Below are positions 1 to 9,124 of a stretch of 64,000 nucleotides of DNA, in pieces. Positions within the stretch are counted from its first letter, which is position 1. The number at the start of each line of letters is the position of its first letter. The stretch comes from Algibacter sp. (lineage in GTDB: Bacteria > Bacteroidota > Bacteroidia > Flavobacteriales > Flavobacteriaceae): NCBI RefSeq assembly GCF_029245835.1, contig NZ_JAQWOO010000033.1, positions 2,447 through 66,446 on the forward strand, given 5' to 3'. The translations under genes and the position numbers were made by a program. A model generated the notes under the pieces. It was not told the origin of the DNA. It saw nothing but the letters and a program-made list of their open reading frames with translations, and ran no database searches.

Positions 1-1007
1 TCAAAGGGTTTCAACCCTTCATAAGCTTTAACATCATCTAATTTTTGTAACGTAAAATCGTTTTGTTTACAACTAGGTACTAAGCTCATTTCTGTAAGTC
101 GTTTGGCTAAATAGTCCTGTTCAAACTGTCCAGGAGTAGGAATAAAAAACGCTTTTTTGTTAAGTTTTGCTAAATCCATAATGGTGGTATAGCCCGATCT
201 AGATAAAACCAAAGCACTCTCATTTATAGTTTTTTCTAATAAGCTAGACGTCATAAAATTATAAATAGTAACCTTGCCAAAAACCTGTATGGTTTGCTCT
301 TTCTCAATAGTGCCTTTCACAAAAACAACATTTCCAGAGTAGTCTTTCAATTCCGAAAGTAATTTTTCTTCAAGTAGTGTGCGCTGTGGTTCAGGACCCG
401 AAAGTAAAACCATCAAGTCATTTTTAATTTTAGCATTAGATTTATTAAACCTACTCAGCGGACCAATATATTTTAAAGGTATATCAAAAGTTTTAACGTG
501 TCCTAATATACCACTCAAGTTTATATTACCTGGAGCATCAGGAATCCAACAAACATCAAACTTTTTTATAAATTTTTGATGCATTTTAGTGCTTAACCAA
601 GTCGTTTTGCCGCTCAAAACATGTAACTGATGCGTCATAAAAACGGAGGGCACTTTTTTACTCCTTACCCCTAATCTATTATCAGAAATTATTCCCGCAA
701 TATCGTTATGGTCTAAAATTCTTGAAATCATTTTTTTTTCAGCCTTAATTACTTTTAAAAGTTTAGGAGAATCCTTTAGAAGTTTCAATTTAAAAAGCTT
801 CCCATTTTTGGTATACGTAATGTTATACGAAGGCAATTCAATCGAAGAAAGGTTTGGAAATTCCTTCCGTAGTAAGGTCAAAGTACCGCCATCACTAGCA
901 ATAACCGGTACAAATCCTTCATCAATCAAAGCGTTAATTATCGGTATGCAACGCGTGGCGTGTCCAAGTCCCCAATTCAAAGGTGCCACTAAAATCCGTT
1001 TTTTCAT
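1..1007 (-). CDS. Glycosyltransferase, MurG-like GT-B family (N-terminus at 1007; C-terminus runs off the window)
   Basis: My own minus-strand translation from the ATG at 1007-1005 stays open to base 1: MKKRILVAPLNWGLGHATRCIPIINALIDEGFVPVIASDGG... The N-terminal G-rich GxGH loop is typical of MurG/UDP-glycosyltransferases. It is absent from the ORF track because it is open-ended. Confidence 0.6.
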   Translation of the reverse strand, partial: MKKRILVAPLNWGLGHATRCIPIINALIDEGFVPVIASDGGTLTLLRKEFPNLSSIELPSYNITYTKNGKLFKLKLLKDSPKLLKVIKAEKKMISRILDHNDIAGIISDNRLGVRSKKVPSVFMTHQLHVLSGKTTWLSTKMHQKFIKKFDVCWIPDAPGNINLSGILGHVKTFDIPLKYIGPLSRFNKSNAKIKNDLMVLLSGPEPQRTLLEEKLLSELKDYSGNVVFVKGTIEKEQTIQVFGKVTIYNFMTSSLLEKTINESALVLSRSGYTTIMDLAKLNKKAFFIPTPGQFEQDYLAKRLTEMSLVPSCKQNDFTLQKLDDVKAYEGLKPF

Positions 1008-1017
1008 TATAATAATT

Positions 1018-1118
1018 TGGGCGTGCCCCAAGGGTCGGGCTTTCGGCAGTCGCTTTTTTGTGTTGCATAGGTGCAACAACACAAAAAGAGCTTCAACAAT
1101 GCCTCAATCCCTCACGCA
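1018..1118 (+). repeat. GC-rich intergenic repeat, copy A
   Basis: TGGGCGTGCCCCAAGGGTCGGGCTTTCGG...internal hairpin (TTTTTGTGTTGC/GCAACAACACAAAAA)...CAATCCCTCACGC. It shares its 5' and 3' ends with copies at 19006-19112 and 35828-35966 (inverted). GC is far above the flanking DNA. Confidence 0.6.
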
Positions 1119-1369
1119 CTTTTTTGCTAAATTCAAAGATAAGCTATTAAGGTTATTGTGTATTTCCTTAATATTAAGAAAACGCTCCCGAAATTGTTCT
1201 TTGGGTTTCAGTTAAATTTGTCATTCCCACGAAATCGTAAGATTCATGAATTCATTATTATAAAATATCAACAATGAATAAAACGGGAATCTAAAATAGA
1301 GAATTTTGTAGCTATAAATTCTCTATTTTTACCAATTCAAAAGTAATCATAAGAAATAGTTAAGAAGTT

Positions 1370-2044
1370 TTGGGAAGTAAAAATAAACTTAGAAGATTTA
1401 AAGAAAACGAAACATTTTCAAATGTCGTTCAACCAACCAGAGACGAGTTGGTAAATTCAAATTTCAATTTAAAAGGTAATTGGAGAACAGAAGTTTTTAA
1501 AAATAATAATCCGTTAGTATTAGAATTAGGATGTGGTAAAGGCGAATATTCTGTTGCTTTAGCCAAAAAATATCCAAACAAAAATTTTGTAGGTGTCGAT
1601 ATTAAAGGCGCACGTTTTTGGAGAGGTGCTAAAACAGCCATTGAAGAAAATATTCCAAACGTAGCATTTCTTCGTACCCAAATCGAGTTAATCGATCATG
1701 CATTTGCAGAAAACGAAGTGGACGAAATCTGGATAACTTTCCCCGATCCGCAAATAAAATATAAGCGTACCAAACACCGCATGACTAACGCCACATTTTT
1801 AGAGCGTTATAAGCAAATCTTAAAGCCAGAAGGCATCATGAACTTAAAAACCGATAGCGAGTTTATGCACGGTTACACGCTTGGTTTATTACATGGTGCA
1901 GAACACGAAGTACTATATGCAAACCATAATGTATATAAGCAAGAAGGAAGTCCGGAAGAAGTAACAAGTATTCAAACTTTTTATGAGTCGCAATATTTAG
2001 AACAAAACAAACCAATTACTTATATTAGATTCAAAATAAAATAG
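1370..2044 (+). CDS. trmB: tRNA (guanine46-N7)-methyltransferase
   Basis: 224 aa. SAM motif LELGCGKGEY, and the overall TrmB pattern (NFVGVDIKGARFW...ITFPDPQ). Apparent TTG start. Confidence 0.85.
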   Translation: MGSKNKLRRFKENETFSNVVQPTRDELVNSNFNLKGNWRTEVFKNNNPLVLELGCGKGEYSVALAKKYPNKNFVGVDIKGARFWRGAKTAIEENIPNVAFLRTQIELIDHAFAENEVDEIWITFPDPQIKYKRTKHRMTNATFLERYKQILKPEGIMNLKTDSEFMHGYTLGLLHGAEHEVLYANHNVYKQEGSPEEVTSIQTFYESQYLEQNKPITYIRFKIK

Positions 2045-2046
2045 TA

Positions 2047-2676
2047 ATGAATATTACGTTTATCTTTTTTTTAGGATTATTTTTTGCTTTAATAGGCGTT
2101 ATTCCTCCTGGGTTACTAAATATGACGGTTGCAAAAATTAGCTTAAAAGAAGGTCACGTCAGGGGTATTATGTTTTCTTTAGGAGTTTGTGTCGTAGTTT
2201 TGGTTCAAACGTATTTGGCTGCAATTTTTGCTAGGTATTTAAGTATGCATCCAGAAGTTATCGGTATACTCAGAATTGTTGCCTTAGTAATCTTTATCTT
2301 AATTACAGTCTATTTTTTATTTATAGCTAAATCAGAGTTAAAACAACAAATAGACCCTAAAATAAAGAGTAAACATAGTCGGTTTTTTCAAGGTGTATTT
2401 TTATCAGCAATCAATGTGTTTCCAATTCCATACCAAGCTTATATGACTATTACTCTGGCGTCATTCGGTTGGATGACATTCGAAAAAACAAGTATTATGT
2501 CTTATGTTATTGGAGCTGGTACAGGAACATTTGTAACACTATATATGTATATTTTTTTCTTTGATAAAGTAAAAGGAAAATCATTCACTTCTCAAAAAAA
2601 CATGAACCGTATTATTGGTGGTATTACAGGTGTTATCTCCATTGTGACTTTAATTAACATTATCCAAGATTTCTAA
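2047..2676 (+). CDS. LysE/RhtB-type membrane translocator
   Basis: 209 aa with about 6 hydrophobic helices. The N-terminal GxIPPGLLN pattern is typical of the LysE family. Confidence 0.5.
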   Translation: MNITFIFFLGLFFALIGVIPPGLLNMTVAKISLKEGHVRGIMFSLGVCVVVLVQTYLAAIFARYLSMHPEVIGILRIVALVIFILITVYFLFIAKSELKQQIDPKIKSKHSRFFQGVFLSAINVFPIPYQAYMTITLASFGWMTFEKTSIMSYVIGAGTGTFVTLYMYIFFFDKVKGKSFTSQKNMNRIIGGITGVISIVTLINIIQDF

Positions 2677-3006
2677 ATGCAACCAAAAACGCTAAGTTTT
2701 TTTGATAAAGTTTACAAAGTTGCAAAACAAATCCCCTATGGGAGAGTCACAAGTTATGGGGCTATTGCAACCTATTTAGGTGCAGCAAGAAGCGCTAGAA
2801 TGGTAGGTTATGCTATGAATGGTTCTCATGGTAAAGATGTGCCAGCACATCGTGTTGTAAATAGAAAAGGATTGCTAACAGGAAAACATCATTTTGATGG
2901 CACAAATTTGATGCAGCAGTTACTGGAAAGTGAAGGTATTAAAGTCATTGAAAATCAAATTCAAGAATTAGACAAGGTGTATTGGGATCCTTCTAAGGAG
3001 CTGTAA
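2677..3006 (+). CDS. MGMT-family DNA-binding protein of the alkyltransferase-like (ATL) type, lacking the acceptor cysteine
   Basis: 109 aa. IPYGRVTSYGAIA helix-turn-helix region. The active-site motif reads PAHRVVN instead of PCHRV. Confidence 0.75.
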   Translation: MQPKTLSFFDKVYKVAKQIPYGRVTSYGAIATYLGAARSARMVGYAMNGSHGKDVPAHRVVNRKGLLTGKHHFDGTNLMQQLLESEGIKVIENQIQELDKVYWDPSKEL

Positions 3007-3206
3007 TTGTTATGTTCAATGTATTTCAGTTTCAAATTAAGGTTGTTTTATTATTTCTTAATTTTTGAATAAAACACAAATAATTCTAAATTCAAAAGCC
3101 ATAATCAAAAACCCAATAATTACATAGTTAAAACTTCTAACAACAAGCTTCTAATTTTAAGCTTTATTGCCTATCTTTGTTCTTAGAATGATTCTTAATA
3201 AAAGAA

Positions 3207-4343
3207 ATGAAGTTAGATAAAAAAGATATATTAAAAGCATTAGAAACCATAACAGTTCCTGGAGAAGGACAAAATATGGTCGAGAGCGGAGCGGTTAAAA
3301 ATATAATCACTTTTGGAGATGAGGTTATTGTAGATATTACCATACAAAACCCAAGTTTACAAGCAAAAAAGCGTACCGAGGTTGATATCCTTAAGACCAT
3401 TCATGAAAAGGTTTATAAAAAGGCAAAAATTACAGTTAATGTAAAGGTTGATGCACCAGCTACTCCTAAAGCAAATGTGATAAAAGGAAAGCCAATTCCG
3501 GGCATTCAAAATATAGTAGCGGTGGCCTCTGGTAAAGGTGGTGTTGGAAAATCTACCGTTACAGCAAATTTAGCGGTCACTTTAGCGAAAATGGGCTTTA
3601 AAGTGGGTGTTTTAGATGCCGATATTTACGGACCATCTATTCCTATTATGTTTGATGTTGCTAATGAGAAACCATTAGCAGTAAACATTCAAGGAAAATC
3701 TAAAATGAAACCTGTAGAGAACTACGGGATTAAAATATTATCAATTGGGTTTTTTACACAACCGGATCAGGCCGTAGTTTGGCGAGGGCCAATGGCGGCA
3801 AAAGCATTAAATCAAATGATTTTTGATGCCCATTGGGGTGAGTTAGACTTTCTGTTAATTGATTTGCCTCCAGGAACAGGCGATATTCATTTAAGCATCA
3901 TGCAATCGTTACCAATTACGGGTGCTGTTGTAGTTAGTACACCTCAAAATGTGGCGTTAGCTGATGCTAAAAAGGGTGTAGCCATGTTTAAGCAAGAAAG
4001 TATTAATGTGCCAGTATTAGGTATTATTGAAAATATGGCATATTTTACACCTGCAGAATTGCCAGACAATAAATATTTTATCTTCGGAAAAGAAGGCGCC
4101 AAAAATTTAGCTGAAGATTTAGAAGTGCCATTTTTAGGAGAATTACCATTGGTGCAAAGTATCAGAGAAGCTGGAGATGTTGGTCGTCCAGCAGCATTAC
4201 AAACGGCAACACCGCTTGAACAAGCATTTGAGGAAATAACTCGAAATGTGGTTCAGGAAGTTGTAAGACGAAATGACGATTTACCTCCAACCGAAGCCAT
4301 TAAAATTACAACTATGGCAGGTTGCGCGGCAGTTAAAAAATAA
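3207..4343 (+). CDS. apbC: Mrp/NBP35 (ApbC) Fe-S cluster carrier ATPase
   Basis: 378 aa. Deviant Walker A motif SGKGGVGKST, an N-terminal DUF59-like domain, and a C-terminal CxxC-like region. Confidence 0.85.
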   Translation: MKLDKKDILKALETITVPGEGQNMVESGAVKNIITFGDEVIVDITIQNPSLQAKKRTEVDILKTIHEKVYKKAKITVNVKVDAPATPKANVIKGKPIPGIQNIVAVASGKGGVGKSTVTANLAVTLAKMGFKVGVLDADIYGPSIPIMFDVANEKPLAVNIQGKSKMKPVENYGIKILSIGFFTQPDQAVVWRGPMAAKALNQMIFDAHWGELDFLLIDLPPGTGDIHLSIMQSLPITGAVVVSTPQNVALADAKKGVAMFKQESINVPVLGIIENMAYFTPAELPDNKYFIFGKEGAKNLAEDLEVPFLGELPLVQSIREAGDVGRPAALQTATPLEQAFEEITRNVVQEVVRRNDDLPPTEAIKITTMAGCAAVKK

Positions 4344-4395
4344 TAAATTCATTTCCCTTTTCTTTGGAGAGGGCTAGGGTGAGGAAAAATAGATT

Positions 4396-4638
4396 ATGAG
4401 CTCAGAAGAACTTAAATTAAATGTTGAAAAAGCTTTAGATGAAATTCGTCCATTTTTACAAAGTGATGGTGGTGATATTTCATTATTGTCTATTGAAAAT
4501 GACAACCTTGTAAAGGTGCAGCTTCAAGGCGCCTGTGTGGGTTGTAGTGTTAATCAAATGACATTGAAATCTGGTGTAGAAATGACTATAAAAAAGTATG
4601 CGCCACAAATAGAACAAGTTATTAATATTGATGCATAA
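4396..4638 (+). CDS. NifU-like Fe-S assembly domain protein
   Basis: 80 aa. IRPFLQSDGGDI...GACVGC motif of the NifU C-terminal domain. Confidence 0.8.
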   Translation: MSSEELKLNVEKALDEIRPFLQSDGGDISLLSIENDNLVKVQLQGACVGCSVNQMTLKSGVEMTIKKYAPQIEQVINIDA

Positions 4639-4770
4639 AATTTAAGTCCGCATTAATATTAATACCAAAATTTCTCTGGTAAATTCTAATTTGCCAATAA
4701 AAAAAATCATTCTACCTGCAATTAAGACATGTAGAATGATTTTTAAATTAAAGCATAACCTTCATGATAT

Positions 4771-7700
4771 TTACATACCTCTATGAAGTTCTAAGCGTTC
4801 CCATCTAGAATCAACTTCTTCTTGCGCTTGTTTAAGAAGTTTAGCTCCTAATTCGGCATCATCTTTAACAACTCTTGAGAATCGAGTTTCTGTATACATA
4901 AATTCCTCAAGTGGTGCAGAAGGCGCTTTAGAGTCTAATCTAAACTTCTTGCCTTTTGGTTTAGAAGGGTCGAATCTAAATAATGGCCAATAACCAGTTT
5001 CAACCGCTTTTTGTTGATGAATTGCTCCATCTTTTAAATTATAACCATGGTCACCACAATGTGAGTAAGCAATAATTAATGATGGTCCATCATAAGCTTC
5101 AGCTTCTTCAATAGCTTTAAGCGTTTGCATATCCTTCGCTCCAATTGCTATTTGAGCAACATATACGTTATCATAAGAAACAGCTTGTAAGGCTAAATTT
5201 TTCTTGCTAGTACGTTTACCAGATACAGCAAATTTAGCACTTGCGCCTAATGGGGTCGCTTTAGACATTTGTCCACCAGTATTGGAATATATCTCAGTAT
5301 CTAACACCATAATATTGATGTTTTCTCCAGACGCCAATACGTGGTCAACGCCACCATAACCTATGTCATAAGCCCAACCATCACCACCAAGAATCCAAAC
5401 AGACTTTTTACGTAGGTACTCTGTTAATTGCGATAATTTTTTGGCTTCGGGTTTATCAATTGTAGCTAACTTAGCTTTAAGGGTGTCAAGGTTTGCGAAG
5501 TTTTCTTCTTTTTCAGCTTCCGTTTTTTCCGGATTGTTTAAAATAGCATCAACTAATTCAGAACCAACTTCTGCTTCTAATCCTTTTAATAGGTTTTCAG
5601 AAATTTCCTGTTTTTTAGTTAACCCTAACTTCATTCCTAAACCATATTCAGCGTTGTCTTCAAATAATGAATTTGCCCAAGCTGGACCTCTACCAAACTT
5701 ATTAGTTTTATAAGGCGTTGTTGGTAAATTACCCCCATAAATAGAAGAACAACCAGTTGCGTTAGCTATTAAAATACTGTCTCCATATAATTGAGTTAGT
5801 AATTTAATATATGGTGTTTCACCACAACCAGAACATGCTCCAGAGAACTCAAACAATGGTTCAAGGAACTGAGATCCTTTTACATTAGTGATATTTAATT
5901 CTGTTCTATCATAATCAGGTAAATTGATGAAATAGTCCCAATTAGGATCTTCTGCGGCTTCAACTTTAAGTTTACTGTGCATATTAATCGCTTTAAAGTC
6001 TGGATCTTCCTTACTTACAGCAGGACAAACCTCAACACAAAGGTCGCAACCTGTACAATCTTGTGGAGATACTTGCAATACATACGATTCTTCTTCTTTG
6101 TTAAATGGTCTACCTATTGCTGGAACCGATTTTAATGTAGAAGGTGCGCCAACCAATTCTTCGTTAGAAACTACTTTAGCTCTAATGGCTGCGTGCGGAC
6201 AAATAACCACACACTTGTTACATTGTGTACAGATATCTTCTCCGTCCCAAACTGGAACTTTATCAGCAATACCACGTTTCTCGAATTGCGTTGTTCCTGT
6301 TGGGAACGTGCCATCTACCGTGAATGCGCTTACCGGAAGCTCATCTCCATTTCCAGCTAGTATTTTTCCTAAAACTTCTTTTACAAAGGGGTCTGCATCA
6401 CCTGTCATCATTGGTTTCAATTCTGTATCACTTGTAATTTGTTTTGGATAATCAACTTTTTGAAGGTTTTCTAAAGATTTATCCACCGCGTTGAAGTTCA
6501 TCTGAACAACAGCTTCTCCTTTTTTAGAATACGATTTTACAATAGCTTCTTTAATTTTCTGAATCGCTTCATCTTTTGGAAGTACTCCTGAAATAGCAAA
6601 GAAGCATGTTTGTAAAACGGTATTGGTACGTTTACCTAATTTTGCTTCTTGAGCTACTTTAGTGGCATCAATTACATAGAAATCCAATTCATTTTCAACA
6701 ATTTCTTCCTGCATTTTTTTAGGAAGAATGTCCCAAACAACATCTTTATCAAAAGGCGAGTTCAATAAGAAGGTTCCGCCTTTTTTGATGTTCTTTAAAA
6801 TGTCATATTTTTCAATAAAATTAAATTGATGACACGCAATAAAGTTTGCTTTATGAATTAAATAGGTTGAATATATTGGGTCTGGTCCAAAACGTAAATG
6901 TGACACGGTTTGAGCACCTGCTTTTTTAGAATCATAAACAAAATAACCCTGCACATAATTATCAGTTGTTTCGCCAATAATTTTAATGGAGTTTTTATTA
7001 GCACCAACGGTACCATCAGAACCTAAACCGTAGAACATGCAGTTAAAGGTGTTTTTAACAGTATGTAATCTGCTTCCAATATTTAGACTTTTAAAAGAAA
7101 CATCATCATTAATACCAACTGTAAAATGGTTTAAAGGTTGCGCTTTGTCTAACTCATCATAAACCGCTTTAACCATTGCTGGGTCAAACTCTTTAGAAGA
7201 TAAACCGTAGCGTCCACCAATAATTTTTGGCATCGCTCTTTCACTTTCTATAAAGGCTGTAACAACATCTTGATAAAGTGGCTCACCAATACTTCCAGGC
7301 TCCTTAGTTCTGTCTAAAACAGCAACTTTTTTAACTGTTTCTGGTAATGCATCTACAAAATGACTAATAGAGAATGGTCTGAATAAACGTACTATAATAG
7401 CACCAACTTTTTCCCCATTTTTAACCATGGTATCAACAGCTTCCATTACAGGGCCTTGGCCAGAACCCATAATTACCACTACTTTTTCGGCTTCAGGATG
7501 ACCCACATAATAGAATAAGCTATACTTTCTTCCTGTATGTTTGTAAAACTCATTCATAGTGTCTTCAACAATTCCAGGGACTTTATCATAATAAAGATTG
7601 GCAGCTTCTCTTGCTTGGAAGAATACATCTGGATTTTGAGATGTACCTCTAATTACAGGATTGTCTGGATCTAATGATCTTTTTTTATGAGCCATGATGT

Positions 7701-8301
7701 CGTCCTCTGGCATCATATCCTTAATAATATCATCAGTAATACCATCAATTTTAGAAATCTCGTGAGAGGTTCTAAAGCCATCAAAAATATTCATGAAAGG
7801 TATTCTTGATTTTAATGTTGCAACTTGAGAAATCAATGCCATATCTTGTGCTTCTTGTACAGAACCACTAAATAACATGGAGAAACCAGTTTGTCTTGCC
7901 GCCATAACATCAGAATGATCACCAAATATTGATAATGCATGTGTTGCAATAGTTCTTGCTGCTACATGAATTACTGATGGTAACAACTCTCCTGCCATTT
8001 TATACATGTTAGGAATCATTAACAACAAGCCTTGAGATGCTGTAAATGTAGTTGTTAAAGCACCTGCTTGTAACGAACCATGAACTGCCCCAGAAGCACC
8101 ACCTTCACTTTGCATTTCTACAATTCTTGGGACATTATCCCAAATGTTTTTTTGTCCTTTTGAGCTATAAACATCTACGTGTTCGCCCATTGGTGATGCT
8201 GGCGTAATTGGGTAAATGGCACAAACCTCATTGGTTTTATGTGCAACCCTTGCAACCGCCTCATTGGCATCACAAATTAGTTTTGGAAATTTTTTCTTCA
8301 T
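4771..8301 (-). CDS. nifJ: Pyruvate:ferredoxin (flavodoxin) oxidoreductase, single-chain PFOR
   Basis: 1176 aa. Two CxxCxxCxxxCP ferredoxin motifs (CTQCNKCVVICP, CTGCDLCVEVCP), a TPP-binding GGDGW region, and a typical NifJ N-terminus. Confidence 0.9.
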   Translation of the reverse strand: MKKKFPKLICDANEAVARVAHKTNEVCAIYPITPASPMGEHVDVYSSKGQKNIWDNVPRIVEMQSEGGASGAVHGSLQAGALTTTFTASQGLLLMIPNMYKMAGELLPSVIHVAARTIATHALSIFGDHSDVMAARQTGFSMLFSGSVQEAQDMALISQVATLKSRIPFMNIFDGFRTSHEISKIDGITDDIIKDMMPEDDIMAHKKRSLDPDNPVIRGTSQNPDVFFQAREAANLYYDKVPGIVEDTMNEFYKHTGRKYSLFYYVGHPEAEKVVVIMGSGQGPVMEAVDTMVKNGEKVGAIIVRLFRPFSISHFVDALPETVKKVAVLDRTKEPGSIGEPLYQDVVTAFIESERAMPKIIGGRYGLSSKEFDPAMVKAVYDELDKAQPLNHFTVGINDDVSFKSLNIGSRLHTVKNTFNCMFYGLGSDGTVGANKNSIKIIGETTDNYVQGYFVYDSKKAGAQTVSHLRFGPDPIYSTYLIHKANFIACHQFNFIEKYDILKNIKKGGTFLLNSPFDKDVVWDILPKKMQEEIVENELDFYVIDATKVAQEAKLGKRTNTVLQTCFFAISGVLPKDEAIQKIKEAIVKSYSKKGEAVVQMNFNAVDKSLENLQKVDYPKQITSDTELKPMMTGDADPFVKEVLGKILAGNGDELPVSAFTVDGTFPTGTTQFEKRGIADKVPVWDGEDICTQCNKCVVICPHAAIRAKVVSNEELVGAPSTLKSVPAIGRPFNKEEESYVLQVSPQDCTGCDLCVEVCPAVSKEDPDFKAINMHSKLKVEAAEDPNWDYFINLPDYDRTELNITNVKGSQFLEPLFEFSGACSGCGETPYIKLLTQLYGDSILIANATGCSSIYGGNLPTTPYKTNKFGRGPAWANSLFEDNAEYGLGMKLGLTKKQEISENLLKGLEAEVGSELVDAILNNPEKTEAEKEENFANLDTLKAKLATIDKPEAKKLSQLTEYLRKKSVWILGGDGWAYDIGYGGVDHVLASGENINIMVLDTEIYSNTGGQMSKATPLGASAKFAVSGKRTSKKNLALQAVSYDNVYVAQIAIGAKDMQTLKAIEEAEAYDGPSLIIAYSHCGDHGYNLKDGAIHQQKAVETGYWPLFRFDPSKPKGKKFRLDSKAPSAPLEEFMYTETRFSRVVKDDAELGAKLLKQAQEEVDSRWERLELHRGM

Positions 8302-8463
8302 AATAAAGCTATCTTATTAAATAAAATTCACAAAAAACTACGTAAGTACGCTTTTTGAAATTTCTAATTGTGTAGACCTTAACAAGATTCTTTTTTTGAC
8401 TAAAACCTAAAGGTCGTTCAAATAAATACCCAATAAAATTAAAGGAACTATAAAGTATAGACT

Positions 8464-8477
8464 ATGATAAATATCAT
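8464..8477. promoter_or_regulatory. FNR/CRP-family-like inverted repeat aTGATaaatATCAt upstream of PFOR
   Basis: The TGAT-N4-ATCA core lies at 8465-8476, about 170 bp upstream of the nifJ start. The extended sequence TATGATA..ATCATGT is shared with the box at 9030-9043. Confidence 0.35.
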
Positions 8478-8504
8478 GTAATTGGTTAGATTTTAAGTGT
8501 TTTG

Positions 8505-8539
8505 AAAAAAAAAGAGGACCCATATAATATGAGGTCCTC
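8505..8539 (-). terminator. Rho-independent terminator downstream of the ferredoxin gene
   Basis: GAGGACC (8514-8520) pairs with GGTCCTC (8533-8539). The A-run at 8505-8513 is a U-tract on the minus strand. Confidence 0.6.
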
Positions 8540-8620
8540 AATTTAATTGCTAAAAATTTCTTAGGTGTTGATAGCTAGAAATAAATACAAAAAAAATTTA
8601 TTTTAATTGTTTAATAAAAA

Positions 8621-8971
8621 TTATTCGGCATGTAGCCAAGCTTTTTTCTCTAATAAAGCTTCTTCACTTTCAACATGGTCTTCATCAGGCACACAACAAT
8701 CTACAGGACAAACTGAAGCACACTGTGGTTCATCATGAAATCCTTTACATTCGGTACATTTTTCAGGTACTATAAAATAGAACTCATCAGATATTGGTTC
8801 GTTCATTTCATCAGCGTCAGCTTCATCGCCATTTGGAAGCGTAATTGTTCCGCTTAAAGCAGTTTCGTCTGCATAAGCCCATTCTTGATCGGGCTCATAA
8901 ATTGCATTATTAGGACATTCTACAATACATGCGTCACAATTAATGCATTCATCTGTTATTATGATAGCCAT
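8621..8971 (-). CDS. 2x[4Fe-4S] ferredoxin
   Basis: 116 aa. [12 protein letters not shown] and CTECKGF...CASVCP cluster motifs. Confidence 0.85.
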   Translation of the reverse strand: MAIIITDECINCDACIVECPNNAIYEPDQEWAYADETALSGTITLPNGDEADADEMNEPISDEFYFIVPEKCTECKGFHDEPQCASVCPVDCCVPDEDHVESEEALLEKKAWLHAE

Positions 8972-9029
8972 ATTAATATGTTTTTATGATAGTATGGAGT
9001 AAAATTAAATTTTATTAGGCGTTTATAAT

Positions 9030-9043
9030 ATGATATAAATCAT
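9030..9043. promoter_or_regulatory. FNR/CRP-family-like inverted repeat aTGATataaATCAt in the divergent ferredoxin/korA intergenic region
   Basis: The TGAT-N4-ATCA core lies at 9031-9042. It is about 59 bp upstream of the ferredoxin ATG (8971) and about 83 bp upstream of the korA ATG (9125). Confidence 0.35.
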
Positions 9044-9124
9044 GTTAAATTTTAAATACAGAAGTTATATTTGATAAAGACAACTTCAATTTTTTTGATA
9101 CTAATTTTTTTATGCCTAAAAATT

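Noticed and set aside
808-1215. 135-aa plus-strand ORF from the track
   Set aside because: It is antisense to the well-supported glycosyltransferase gene for its first 200 bp, then reads through GC-rich repeat copy A. The sequence is low-complexity and shows no motif.
5441-6451. Plus-strand ORFs 5441-5713 and 6098-6451
   Set aside because: They lie entirely inside and antisense to the PFOR gene. They are typical shadow ORFs of a long gene.
9071-9124. N-terminal extension of korA from TTG 9071
   Set aside because: The extra 18 residues are a hydrophobic run unlike KorA proteins. The ATG at 9125 gives the usual N-terminus.
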